From: Chromatiaceae bacterium
GTDB lineage: Bacteria > Pseudomonadota > Gammaproteobacteria > Chromatiales > Chromatiaceae
Assembly: GCA_013426805.1 (NCBI GenBank)
Contig: JACDZG010000011.1
Span: 4,942 to 28,941, forward strand
DNA length: 24,000 nt
Direction: 5' to 3'
The position numbers were made by a program, and so were the translations under genes. This document shows, piece after piece, positions 14,770 to 22,633 of this stretch. The notes beneath the pieces are model-generated. The model was not told the DNA's origin and did not search any database. It was given only the letters and a program-made list of their open reading frames with translations. Within the stretch, counting starts at the first letter, position 1; the number at the start of each line of letters is the position of its first letter.

Positions 14770-16020
14770 TTAGGCCTGATCCGCAATCGTCCCCGCCCCC
14801 GGCGCCCGGCCGAAAACGGCAGCGTACTCCTGCGTATAAGGCGCGATGGATTGGTACACGTGATACGGGACGATCCGATCTTCCAATTGAGGAAATTTCT
14901 CGCGGACATGGGTGTAATTACGCAGGAGTTTCATCTCGATGATGGCACGGGCGAACTCCAGGCCCCGCGGACCGCGGTGCCGCTGCAGGAAAGCGATGAG
15001 TTGCCGGATCGGCTTCGGCGGCTTGGCCGGCCGCTTGGCGAGCATCTGGATGTAACGGGGCATGCCGCGGGTCCGGTCGCCGGCCGCGGATACTGGTTGG
15101 ACCTCCAAATCCGGCCGCAACAGGTCCAGCAATTCCACCCCGCGGGCAGTCCGCGCCAACACCCATTGCCAACCGAGCGGTGCACCCATGTAACCGATGG
15201 TGATGTCGGAGAGCGCATTCGGATAGTCGAAACAGGACAGACAGGCCGAGGGAAAAATGCCCTGGAGCTGGTCCATGGGGAAGTCGATATAGTTGACCCG
15301 CTCGATGTGCCCATCCTCATGACGCAGCCACAGGCTGAAGTCCTGCATGAACTCGTAGTGCACCACCGTGGCGGGCGAGCGGGAAATGGTGGCCAGGAAG
15401 AACTGCTGGTCCTCGTGGGTCACATTGTCGCTGCACGGAATGCCGATCAGGTCGAGACGCTCCAGCCCGAGTTGCGCTTGCGCCTGACGCAGCATCTGAA
15501 CCTGGCAACTGGTGCCGACGACGGCCAGACGGCGAATGCCGGCCGCGCGCACCTGATCCAGCAGGCCCAGATTGGGCGAGAAGCTCGGTTTGTTGCCGAC
15601 GCAGGCCCGCACCTCCGCTGTAGTGCGGGCAAGAATGGGGGTCGGTTGGAAGCGCGTGCCGGGGTTGGTGCCGGTCAGGATCACCGCCTCCACCTCGCCG
15701 CGCTCCAACAGCCGGGAGGCCAGGGTGGTGATCATGCCGCTCCACTGGGCCTCGGCCACCGGCCGGCGCATCCGCGCGATGGTTTGCTCCCGGAAGATAC
15801 CGAAGCGCATCTCATCACCCGGGTTGCGCAGCCGGCCATGCAGACGCTGCTCGATCTCGTCAGCCCGATTGCGCACGAACAGACAGGTTTCCGCCATCTG
15901 CGGACGCAGGAAGCTGTCGCACAGTCCGCAGTCGCTGCACAGACGCGGCCGGCCCTGCAGGCGCCGGTCGTGGCTCATCAGGCTGACGTCGTGCAGACCT
16001 TTTGAAGGGCCTTGATCCAT
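14770..16020 (-). CDS. bciB: FrhB/F420-hydrogenase-beta-like protein, probably ferredoxin-dependent 8-vinyl (divinyl) protochlorophyllide reductase BciB
   Basis: N-terminal Cys cluster CSDCGLC. FrhB-like core has WSGMITTLASRLLERGEVEAV and VVGTSCQVQMLR, with IGIPCSDN and CLSCFDY. It is adjacent to bch genes. Start placed at the Met with AGAGGA upstream (16020); the track ORF begins 15 codons earlier. Confidence 0.65.
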   Translation of the reverse strand: MDQGPSKGLHDVSLMSHDRRLQGRPRLCSDCGLCDSFLRPQMAETCLFVRNRADEIEQRLHGRLRNPGDEMRFGIFREQTIARMRRPVAEAQWSGMITTLASRLLERGEVEAVILTGTNPGTRFQPTPILARTTAEVRACVGNKPSFSPNLGLLDQVRAAGIRRLAVVGTSCQVQMLRQAQAQLGLERLDLIGIPCSDNVTHEDQQFFLATISRSPATVVHYEFMQDFSLWLRHEDGHIERVNYIDFPMDQLQGIFPSACLSCFDYPNALSDITIGYMGAPLGWQWVLARTARGVELLDLLRPDLEVQPVSAAGDRTRGMPRYIQMLAKRPAKPPKPIRQLIAFLQRHRGPRGLEFARAIIEMKLLRNYTHVREKFPQLEDRIVPYHVYQSIAPYTQEYAAVFGRAPGAGTIADQA

Positions 16021-16186
16021 TCCGGGGTCCTCTTGGGGTATCTTGGAGAGGTTATAGGGATGCACGATGCCGCATCGGCAACACGCGTCCGCGGGGAATC
16101 ATGGTTCCCCAATCGCCTTATCGTCAACGACCGGCCGCCGACGCTCCAGGCGCGGCCGTCCGGCCTTCAAGCGGGGACTGCATCCG

Positions 16187-17215
16187 ATGTGGAAGCCTGT
16201 CATGCTGGTCTTGGGCGTCGTGGTGGTCCTCCTGCTGGGGGCCGCGGCCCTGGGTCCCTTGCTGATTTCAACAGCATCCGTCCAACCGCAGGGCAGCGCC
16301 CGCGCCGCGGCGACGCCTGACAGCCACTTTATCCGCATTCCTTTTCCGGGGACCACCGGGATCGACGTCCACCACCTGGAGCGGTCCGGTGCGGCCGGGT
16401 CAGGCCGGCACGCCTTCCTGCTGCTCCACGGCTTCACCTTCAACAGCTTCACCTGGAATGCCGTGCTCGATCCCCTGGCCGCGTATGGGCGCACCATTGC
16501 CTACGATCAGCTCCCCTACGGACTCAGTGCCAAGCTGACCGCGGGCGACTGGACGGCGGCCGACCCCTATGCCAAGGAGTCGGCGATCACTCAGGTCTTC
16601 GCGGTGATGGATCAACTCGGGCTCGAACGTGCCATCCTGGTCGGGAATTCCTCGGGCGGCACCCTGGCCCTGGAAGCCGCGCTGGCACGGCCGGAGCGCG
16701 TCGCGGCATTGATTCTGGTCGCGCCCTGGGTCTATGCCCAGCGCCCGACCATCCCGGCCGCGGTGGCGGACCTGCCCCAATTGCAGCGATTGAGCCTCTT
16801 CATCGCACGCCAGTTGGGGGACCCGACGCTACTCGCATATTCCTATCACGACCCGGCCCGCATCTCTGCGGCGCGGCGCGAAGAAGCCAAGATCCATACC
16901 CGCATGGCCCACTGGGATCTGGCCTGGGGCGCACTGCTGCACCGCTCACTCTCGACCCCGGTGGACATCAGCGCCCGCCTGGAACAGGTCCGACAACCGG
17001 TCCTGGTGATCACCGGGGACCAGGACCAGCTGGTGCAGGAGGCGGATACCCGCCGGGTCGCGGCGACGCTCCCCAACGCGACCCTGGCGGTATTGCCTGA
17101 CTGTGGTCATGTGCCCCAAGAGGAATGTCCAGCCGCCTTCATGGGTGCGGTGAGCGCCTGGCTGAACGGGTTGGATCAGGCTCCAGCCCCGACTGACGCT
17201 GCCGTGATGCGCTGA
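16187..17215 (+). CDS. membrane-anchored alpha/beta-fold hydrolase
   Basis: N-terminal TM helix MWKPVMLVLGVVVVLLLGAAALGPLL. Has LLLHGFTFNSFTW, nucleophile elbow GNSSGG, and catalytic His region CGHVPQEE. The track ORF starts 40 Arg-rich codons upstream, which I consider non-coding. Confidence 0.75.
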   Translation: MWKPVMLVLGVVVVLLLGAAALGPLLISTASVQPQGSARAAATPDSHFIRIPFPGTTGIDVHHLERSGAAGSGRHAFLLLHGFTFNSFTWNAVLDPLAAYGRTIAYDQLPYGLSAKLTAGDWTAADPYAKESAITQVFAVMDQLGLERAILVGNSSGGTLALEAALARPERVAALILVAPWVYAQRPTIPAAVADLPQLQRLSLFIARQLGDPTLLAYSYHDPARISAARREEAKIHTRMAHWDLAWGALLHRSLSTPVDISARLEQVRQPVLVITGDQDQLVQEADTRRVAATLPNATLAVLPDCGHVPQEECPAAFMGAVSAWLNGLDQAPAPTDAAVMR

Positions 17216-17248
17216 CCCGGACACCGTCATGGTCGCGCGGGGGGCTGC

Positions 17249-17419
17249 CTAGACCACCGGCCCCCAGAAAGACAGCAAGGCATGGGCCAGGCCGGCGAGG
17301 ACGCCGAACCCGAGAACTGAACAGATCGCGCAAGCGACGAGAAAAGGCCGGATCGCGATCGCCGTGGAGGTGTTAGCCGCGTCGGTGCCGATCGAATCCG
17401 CCCGCTGGGTCTGAGTCAT
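17249..17419 (-). CDS. possible 56-aa membrane protein, divergent from bchI
   Basis: MTQTQRADSIGTDAANTSTAIAIRPFLVACAICSVLGFGVLAGLAHALLSFWGPVV has one or two hydrophobic helices. GGAG lies 6 nt upstream of the ATG. No family recognised. Confidence 0.35.
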   Translation of the reverse strand: MTQTQRADSIGTDAANTSTAIAIRPFLVACAICSVLGFGVLAGLAHALLSFWGPVV

Positions 17420-17484
17420 GGTGTGCTCCGGTCGCTGGTGTTGGGAAAGCAACGGGGCGGGCGATCGTGACACCTCGCCCCAAC

Positions 17485-17527
17485 TGTCGTGCTGGACTTA
17501 CAGTATAGTTGTCAGGATAAACTGACA
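17485..17527. promoter_or_regulatory. two tandem TGT-N12-ACA palindromes (PpsR/CrtJ-type operator) upstream of bchI
   Basis: TGTCGTGCTGGACTTACA (17485..17502) and TGTCAGGATAAACTGACA (17510..17527, perfect 6-bp arms) are separated by 7 bp. They lie ~110 bp upstream of the bchI ATG, in the divergent intergenic region. Confidence 0.55.
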
Positions 17528-17635
17528 CACGCCCTTTTTTTTTAGCACTTTCATGTGTCCCATCCACGGGCGCTTGAGGTTACCATGGGCGGCTCTTTCA
17601 ACCAGCGCACCTGACACCTAAGATCGAGACCTCCT

Positions 17636-18664
17636 ATGCCCGTCCCATTCCCGTTTTCCGCCATCGTCGGCCAGGAAGAGATGAAGCTTGCGCTCCTGAT
17701 CGGGGCGGTTGACTCCCGCATTGGCGGAGTCCTGGTGTTCGGCGACCGCGGTACCGGCAAGTCCACGGCCATCCGCGCGCTGGCCGCCCTGCTGCCGAAA
17801 ATGCGGGTGGTGGCCGATTGCCGCTATGGCTGCGATCCCGAGGCCGAGGTCGGTGTGCTCTGCGCGGAATGCCGCGTGCGTCATAACGGCACCCCGTTCA
17901 AGACCAAGCAAGTCCCGGTGCCGGTGGTGGATCTGCCGCTGGGTGCCACCGAGGACCGGGTGATCGGCGCGCTCGATCTGGAGATGGCGCTGACACGGGG
18001 CGAGAAGGCCTTCGAGCCCGGGTTGCTGGCCCGCGCCCATCGCGGCTTTCTCTATATCGACGAGGTGAACCTGCTGGAGGACCACCTGGTGGACGCGCTG
18101 CTGGATGTCGCCGCCTCCGGTGAGAATCTGGTAGAGCGCGAGGGTCTCTCGGTCCGTCACCCGGCGCGCTTCGTACTGATCGGCTCCGGTAATCCGGAAG
18201 AAGGCGAGCTGCGGCCGCAACTGCTGGACCGCTTCGGTCTCTCGGTCGAGGTACGGACCCCGCAAGACCTGGCGACGCGGGTGCAGGTGGTGCGTTTGCG
18301 TGATGAGTTCGAGCGCAATCCGGAAGCCTTCACCGAGAAGTGGAAGCGCAAGGACGCCAAGGTGCGCAAACGCATCACCGACGCGCAGGCCCTGCTGCCG
18401 GCGATCGAGGTCCCGGACCATACGCTGGAGCAGGCCTCGCGCCTGTGCATGGCGCTCGGCACCGACGGTCTGCGCGGCGAATTGACGCTGGTCCGTGCCG
18501 CGCGTGCTCTGGCGGCGCTGGACGGCGACACCTCCGTGGGCGTTCCCCAGCTGCGCAAGCTCGCGGCCCCGGCCCTGCGCCATCGGCTGCGCCGCGATCC
18601 TCTGGATGAGTCCGGCTCGACCGCCCGCGTCGATCGGGTGGTTCAGGATCTGTTCCCGGCATGA
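17636..18664 (+). CDS. bchI: magnesium chelatase ATPase subunit I
   Basis: PFPFSAIVGQEEMKLALL, Walker A GDRGTGKST, Walker B FLYIDEVNLL, and conserved GNPEEGELRPQLLDRFG. Confidence 0.95.
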   Translation: MPVPFPFSAIVGQEEMKLALLIGAVDSRIGGVLVFGDRGTGKSTAIRALAALLPKMRVVADCRYGCDPEAEVGVLCAECRVRHNGTPFKTKQVPVPVVDLPLGATEDRVIGALDLEMALTRGEKAFEPGLLARAHRGFLYIDEVNLLEDHLVDALLDVAASGENLVEREGLSVRHPARFVLIGSGNPEEGELRPQLLDRFGLSVEVRTPQDLATRVQVVRLRDEFERNPEAFTEKWKRKDAKVRKRITDAQALLPAIEVPDHTLEQASRLCMALGTDGLRGELTLVRAARALAALDGDTSVGVPQLRKLAAPALRHRLRRDPLDESGSTARVDRVVQDLFPA

Positions 18665-20571
18665 TGACGCCGGCGTCCGATCGCTCCCCGCAGCCCCCCC
18701 GGCCGGGTCCGGTCAGCGGCGGCCCCCCGCCGCCGGCTCGTCCGGACCCCTGGGAAGACGCGGCCCTGATCGCCGCGCTCTTCGCGGTCGATCCGGCCGG
18801 TTTGGGCGGTGTCTGCCTGCGCGCCCTCCCCGGTCCGGTGCGCGATCAATGGCTCGCCGACACCCGCGAACTGCTGCCGCCGGAGACGCCGCGCCGCAAG
18901 ATCCCGCTGCACGTCTCGGATGGCCGCTTGCTGGGGGGCCTGGATCTCACCGCGACCCTGCGCGCCGGCCGGCCGGTGGCGGAGCACGGACTGTTCGCCG
19001 AGGCCCATGGCGGCGTGCTGGAACTGGCGATGGCCGAGCGGGTGCGCGGCTCACCGGTCTCCTATCTCTGCTCCGCCCTGGACACCGGTGAGGTGGTTTT
19101 GGAACGCGACGGGATTGCCTTGCGCTCCCCGGCGCGGGTCGGCGTGATCGCCCTGGATGAGGGCAGCAACGAGGACGAGCAGGTGGCCGATGCCTTGCTC
19201 GATCGACTCGCCTTTCTGATCGACCTCAGCCCGATCGCCGTACGGGAGATGGGCGACGTGCCTTACTCGGTCGCGGACGTCACCGCGGCCCGCGGGCGTC
19301 TGTCCGCGGTCAGCATCAGCGCCGACCAGGTGAACGCCATCTGTGAAACGGCACTGGCGCTGGGCATCCCCTCGTTACGCACCTCGCTGCACACGATGCG
19401 GGCGGCGCGCGTCGCCGCCGCCCTGGATGGGGATCTGGTGGTCACCGATGCGCAGGTGAGCCTCGCCGCCCGGTTGGTGATGGCGCCGCGCGCGACCATG
19501 CTGCCGTATGCGCAACCGCCCGAATCCGAGCCCGAGCCGCCGCCCCCGGAGCCGCCCCCGCCCGACCAGGAGGGCGAGTCCGAGGCCAATCAGGAACAGC
19601 GCCAGGACCCCCTGGCGGATCAGGTCCTGGATGCCACCAAGGCGGCCATCCCCACCGATCTGCTGGACCGGCTGCGGTTGGGCCAACTGCGGCGCGCCAA
19701 GGTGCGCAGCACCGGCAAGTCCGGGCAGGTCCAGCAGGCCAATATGCGCGGCCGACCGGCCGGGGTGCGCCGCGGCGATTTGCGTCCAGGGGATCGGCTG
19801 AACCTGATCGAAACGCTGCGCGCCGCCGCCCCCTGGCAGCGGGTGCGCCGGGCGGAACGCGAGCGCGGTCAGGCGCAAACCCAGGTTCCGGCGACCGGGA
19901 CACCGGGCGGCGCGACCAGAGCCCGGCCACGGACACTGCCGGTGCCCAACCTGGCCCCGCGCGTCGAGGTGCGTAAGGACGACTTCCGCATCCAGCGCTA
20001 CAAACACCGTTCCGAAACCACGGCCATCTTCATCGTGGACGCCTCGGGCTCCTCGGCCTTGCATCGCCTGGGTGAGGCCAAGGGCGCGGTGGAACTGTTG
20101 CTCGCGGACTGCTATGTGCGCCGCGATCGGGTGGCCCTGGTCGCCTTCCGCGGCAAGACGGCGGAACTGCTGCTCCCGCCGACGCGTTCGCTGGTGCGGA
20201 CCAAGCGCTGCCTGGCGGATCTGCCGGGCGGCGGCGGAACCCCGCTGGCGTCCGGGATCGAGGCCGGGCTGGCCCTGGCCGATGCGGTCAAGCGCCGCGG
20301 CGGAACGCCGCTGCTGGTGCTGCTCACCGACGGGCGCGGCAACGTCGCCCGCAATGGTCAGGGCGGGCGCGCCCAAGCCGGCGAGGAGGCCCTGACCTGC
20401 GCGCGTCTGGTGCGGGCCGCCGGCGTAGCCGCCATGGTGGTCGACACCTCCCCGCACCCGCACCCCCAGGCCAAGGCCCTGGCGGAGGCCATGGACGCCA
20501 CCTATATGCCGCTGCCCCATGCGGACGCCGGGCGCCTGAACGCGGCAGTCAAGGCGAAGGCCGGGTTGTGA
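18661..20571 (+). CDS. bchD: magnesium chelatase subunit D
   Basis: ATGA overlap with bchI. It has a degenerate AAA-like N-domain, the Pro/Glu-rich linker PPESEPEPPPPEPPPPDQEGESE, and a C-terminal vWA domain with MIDAS FIVDASGSS. Confidence 0.95.
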   Translation: MMTPASDRSPQPPRPGPVSGGPPPPARPDPWEDAALIAALFAVDPAGLGGVCLRALPGPVRDQWLADTRELLPPETPRRKIPLHVSDGRLLGGLDLTATLRAGRPVAEHGLFAEAHGGVLELAMAERVRGSPVSYLCSALDTGEVVLERDGIALRSPARVGVIALDEGSNEDEQVADALLDRLAFLIDLSPIAVREMGDVPYSVADVTAARGRLSAVSISADQVNAICETALALGIPSLRTSLHTMRAARVAAALDGDLVVTDAQVSLAARLVMAPRATMLPYAQPPESEPEPPPPEPPPPDQEGESEANQEQRQDPLADQVLDATKAAIPTDLLDRLRLGQLRRAKVRSTGKSGQVQQANMRGRPAGVRRGDLRPGDRLNLIETLRAAAPWQRVRRAERERGQAQTQVPATGTPGGATRARPRTLPVPNLAPRVEVRKDDFRIQRYKHRSETTAIFIVDASGSSALHRLGEAKGAVELLLADCYVRRDRVALVAFRGKTAELLLPPTRSLVRTKRCLADLPGGGGTPLASGIEAGLALADAVKRRGGTPLLVLLTDGRGNVARNGQGGRAQAGEEALTCARLVRAAGVAAMVVDTSPHPHPQAKALAEAMDATYMPLPHADAGRLNAAVKAKAGL

Positions 20572-20683
20572 GGACCGCCGGCAGATCCAGCGGGTTCGCC
20601 GCGGCCGGCAGTCGGCACGAGCACCTGCCGCATTCCTGTCCGTTGGCCGTACACTGACATCCGCTTCAGGTTCCTGACTGATC

Positions 20684-21562
20684 ATGCACCGACGACTCGA
20701 CTGGGACCATGAGGGACGCGACTGGCCGAATCGGGACGCCAGCCGCTTCGTCAGCGCCGGCGGACTGCGCTGGCACGTGCAGCAACTGGGCCAGGGACCG
20801 GTGTTGGTCCTGGTCCACGGCACCGGCGCGGCCACGCACTCCTGGCGCACCCTCGCCCCGCTGCTCGCGCAGGACTTCCAAGTGGTGGCCGCGGATCTGC
20901 CGGGTCACGGGTTCACCCAAACGCCGGGCGACGGGGGGTTGTCGCTTCCCGGCATGGCAACCAGCCTCGCGGCCCTGCTCGATACCCTTGGTGTGACGCC
21001 CGAGTTGGTGCTTGGTCACTCCGCGGGAGCCGCCGTGCTCGCCCGACTCTGTCTCGATCAACGCATCGCCCCCCGCGCCCTGATCAGTCTCAATGGCGCG
21101 CTGCTGCCCCTGCGCGGTCTGGCGGGACAGTGGTTCGCCCCCGCCGCACGGTTCTTCGCCACCCATCCACTGGCGTCCCGATACTTCGCCTGGCGCGCCC
21201 GGGCGCCGGGCGCGGTCAAGCGACTGGTGGCCAGTACCGGTTCGCGCCTGGACGCCCAGGGGATGGAGTTCTACCGGCGCCTGGTCATCAACCCCGGACA
21301 TGTGGCCGCCGCCATCGGGATGATGGCCAACTGGGATTTGCAGCCGCTGGCGCGGGACCTGCCGCGCCTCGCGACGCCCTTGGTGATGCTGGTGGCCGCA
21401 GGCGACAGCACGGTCAGTCCGGCCGAAGCCCGCCGCGTCCGCGCGCTGCTCCCGACGGTCGAGGTCCAGACCATTCCCCGACTCGGGCACCTGGCTCATG
21501 AGGAAGCGCCGCAGACCGTGGCCTCGTTGATCCGCTCCATCGCTCAGCACTATCGCAAGTAA
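20684..21562 (+). CDS. bchO: alpha/beta hydrolase, BchO-type magnesium-chelatase accessory protein
   Basis: LVHGTGAATHSW, nucleophile elbow GHSAGA, C-terminal LGHLAHEE. Its position directly after bchI-bchD matches the bchIDO arrangement of purple bacteria. Confidence 0.7.
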   Translation: MHRRLDWDHEGRDWPNRDASRFVSAGGLRWHVQQLGQGPVLVLVHGTGAATHSWRTLAPLLAQDFQVVAADLPGHGFTQTPGDGGLSLPGMATSLAALLDTLGVTPELVLGHSAGAAVLARLCLDQRIAPRALISLNGALLPLRGLAGQWFAPAARFFATHPLASRYFAWRARAPGAVKRLVASTGSRLDAQGMEFYRRLVINPGHVAAAIGMMANWDLQPLARDLPRLATPLVMLVAAGDSTVSPAEARRVRALLPTVEVQTIPRLGHLAHEEAPQTVASLIRSIAQHYRK

Positions 21563-21720
21563 CGGGCGTCGCCAGCCGCACCGGTTGACGCGAATGGCAC
21601 TTGATCGGCGAATGAGTGCTGATAAGTCTCATTATCGATAACGAAATATCGACGTATGACAGGGTGATAGGCGATTATTCGGCAACTGGTGCGATTTTTG
21701 TTGCAACGCACAAAAACTTG

Positions 21721-21749
21721 TTGACAGCTATATCGCTAACTACTAATAT
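21721..21749 (+). promoter_or_regulatory. near-consensus sigma70 promoter (-35 TTGACA, 17-bp spacer, -10 TAATAT)
   Basis: TTGACA at 21721..21726, a 17-nt spacer, then TAATAT at 21744..21749. It lies in an AT-richer intergenic region. Confidence 0.45.
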
Positions 21750-21853
21750 GATAATGCTACTGCCGCTCCAAGACTGCTGTCGCGCTGGGGCGGGCACCTC
21801 GGCCGTTGCGGTTCGCCGCGGCTACACCCGTTATCAACAAAAGGCATGCTGTA

Positions 21854-21958
21854 ATGAAGTACTTGGCCAACCTGAAGGAACTGACTCTCTCGGAAATGCT
21901 GTCCATCGCCATCGTGTTCACCGTACCGTTGCTGATCGGCTACAGCATCCTGACCTGA
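21854..21958 (+). CDS. possible 34-aa hydrophobic peptide
   Basis: MKYLANLKELTLSEMLSIAIVFTVPLLIGYSILT has an amphipathic N-terminus plus one TM-length hydrophobic stretch. It lies ~100 nt downstream of the promoter-like element and is followed by a perfect 9-bp hairpin. The RBS is weak (AAAGG). Confidence 0.3.
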   Translation: MKYLANLKELTLSEMLSIAIVFTVPLLIGYSILT

Positions 21959-21978
21959 GGGCCGCCCCCGTGGGCACT

Positions 21979-22000
21979 CCGACCGTCGCCTGACGGTCGG
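21979..22000 (+). terminator. GC-rich hairpin CCGACCGTC-GCCT-GACGGTCGG downstream of the small ORF
   Basis: Perfect 9-bp stem with a 4-nt loop. There is no U-tract after it, so function as an intrinsic terminator is uncertain. Confidence 0.3.
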
Positions 22001-22334
22001 CCCGCACTCTCCCCTGCCCTGCCGGCCCCGACCCGCTCCTTGCCGTCTCCCTAGACCCTGCACCCCCGCCGCTTGCGGATCCTGTCCTTTGCCGGCACAT
22101 CAGCCCGCAGTTCCAGTCAACGCTTACCTGCCGCTTCCGTTCCTTCGTGAATGGTACCGTCCTTTGGTTGTCGCTCGGACACCGCTTGCGCATAGCGTCA
22201 TCAAGTAATTAAGCGTTTTCCTATTTAATAAAGTGACTATTCGCTTTATTACTTACGTTCAGCTGTTTCCGGCCCCTTTTCACTTGCCTCGACTGTATTG
22301 GTGAACGCTATTTCGCGCGCTCACTGCGCTTCTG

Positions 22335-22348
22335 TTGATCCAAGTCAA
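22335..22348. promoter_or_regulatory. weak FNR/CRP-family-like site TTGATCCAAGTCAA
   Basis: TTGAT-N4-GTCAA matches the TTGAT-N4-ATCAA consensus at 9 of 10 positions. It lies ~290 bp upstream of hynS. Confidence 0.3.
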
Positions 22349-22472
22349 TACGACAATTGATCAATGGATCTAGAATCCAGACTCAAGAGCAAGCAATGCC
22401 CCCACTTTTGAGGCAAAGAAAGCTGATTATAAAAGGTTTTTTAATTTCTCTAAGATAACTAGATCGACGCAA

Positions 22473-22486
22473 TTGATAATTATCAA
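22473..22486. promoter_or_regulatory. perfect FNR-type box TTGATAATTATCAA
   Basis: Exact match to TTGAT-N4-ATCAA. It lies ~150 bp upstream of the hynS ATG. Confidence 0.65.
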
Positions 22487-22504
22487 GCGACCTGAACAAG
22501 TCGC

Positions 22505-22518
22505 TTGCGAATTATCAA
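22505..22518. promoter_or_regulatory. second, imperfect FNR-type box TTGCGAATTATCAA
   Basis: The right half-site ATCAA is perfect and the left half-site matches 3 of 5. It has the same AATT spacer as the perfect box 32 bp upstream. An AGCGAC/GTCGCT inverted repeat lies between the two boxes. Confidence 0.45.
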
Positions 22519-22633
22519 TCAATGAGTCGGAGCCGCTCATTGATAGGCTGATGGAGCGTATCGGAACCTGCCGCAGGCAGGTCGACGTTCCGGCTCACAA
22601 TAAACATAACCGAATCATTTCGGAGGACATTCG

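Noticed and set aside
14851-16005. 384-aa plus-strand ORF opposite bciB
   Set aside because: The minus-strand product has FrhB/BciB-like Cys clusters and context. The plus-strand translation is a low-complexity GC artefact.
17510-17545. Palindrome TGTCAG...CTGACA plus T9 tract as an intrinsic terminator
   Set aside because: Seven non-pairing nucleotides separate the short A/T-containing stem from the T-run, and no plus-strand gene ends just upstream. The TGT-N12-ACA operator interpretation fits better. The T-tract may be promoter UP-like sequence.
19490-19620. Pro/Glu-rich low-complexity stretch in bchD as something unusual
   Set aside because: An acidic proline-rich linker between the AAA-like and vWA domains is a normal, established feature of BchD/ChlD.
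17618-21550. Minus-strand ORFs 17618..18583, 19375..20850 and 20666..21550, plus nested plus-strand ORFs within bchI/bchD/bchO
   Set aside because: They lie opposite or out of frame to unambiguous bchI, bchD and bchO reading frames. Their composition is Arg/Gly/Pro-rich with no motifs.
21590-21615. TGGCAC at ~21594 as a sigma54 -24 element
   Set aside because: The required -12 TTGC(A/T) element is absent at the correct 5-nt spacing (the sequence reads TGGCACTTGATCGGC).
21616-21993. 125-aa plus-strand ORF in the bchO-hynS intergenic region (and 21743..22063 and 21918..22193 on the minus strand)
   Set aside because: It spans the promoter-like AT-rich segment. It has no RBS or recognisable domain, and its composition switches abruptly. 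It is more likely non-coding regulatory DNA containing at most the 34-codon ORF.
22473-22486. Reading TTGATAATTATCAA as a Fur box
   Set aside because: It contains GATAAT/ATTATC hexamers but lacks the 19-bp (or 7-1-7) Fur architecture. It matches the FNR TTGAT-N4-ATCAA consensus exactly, and FNR fits the hydrogenase context better.
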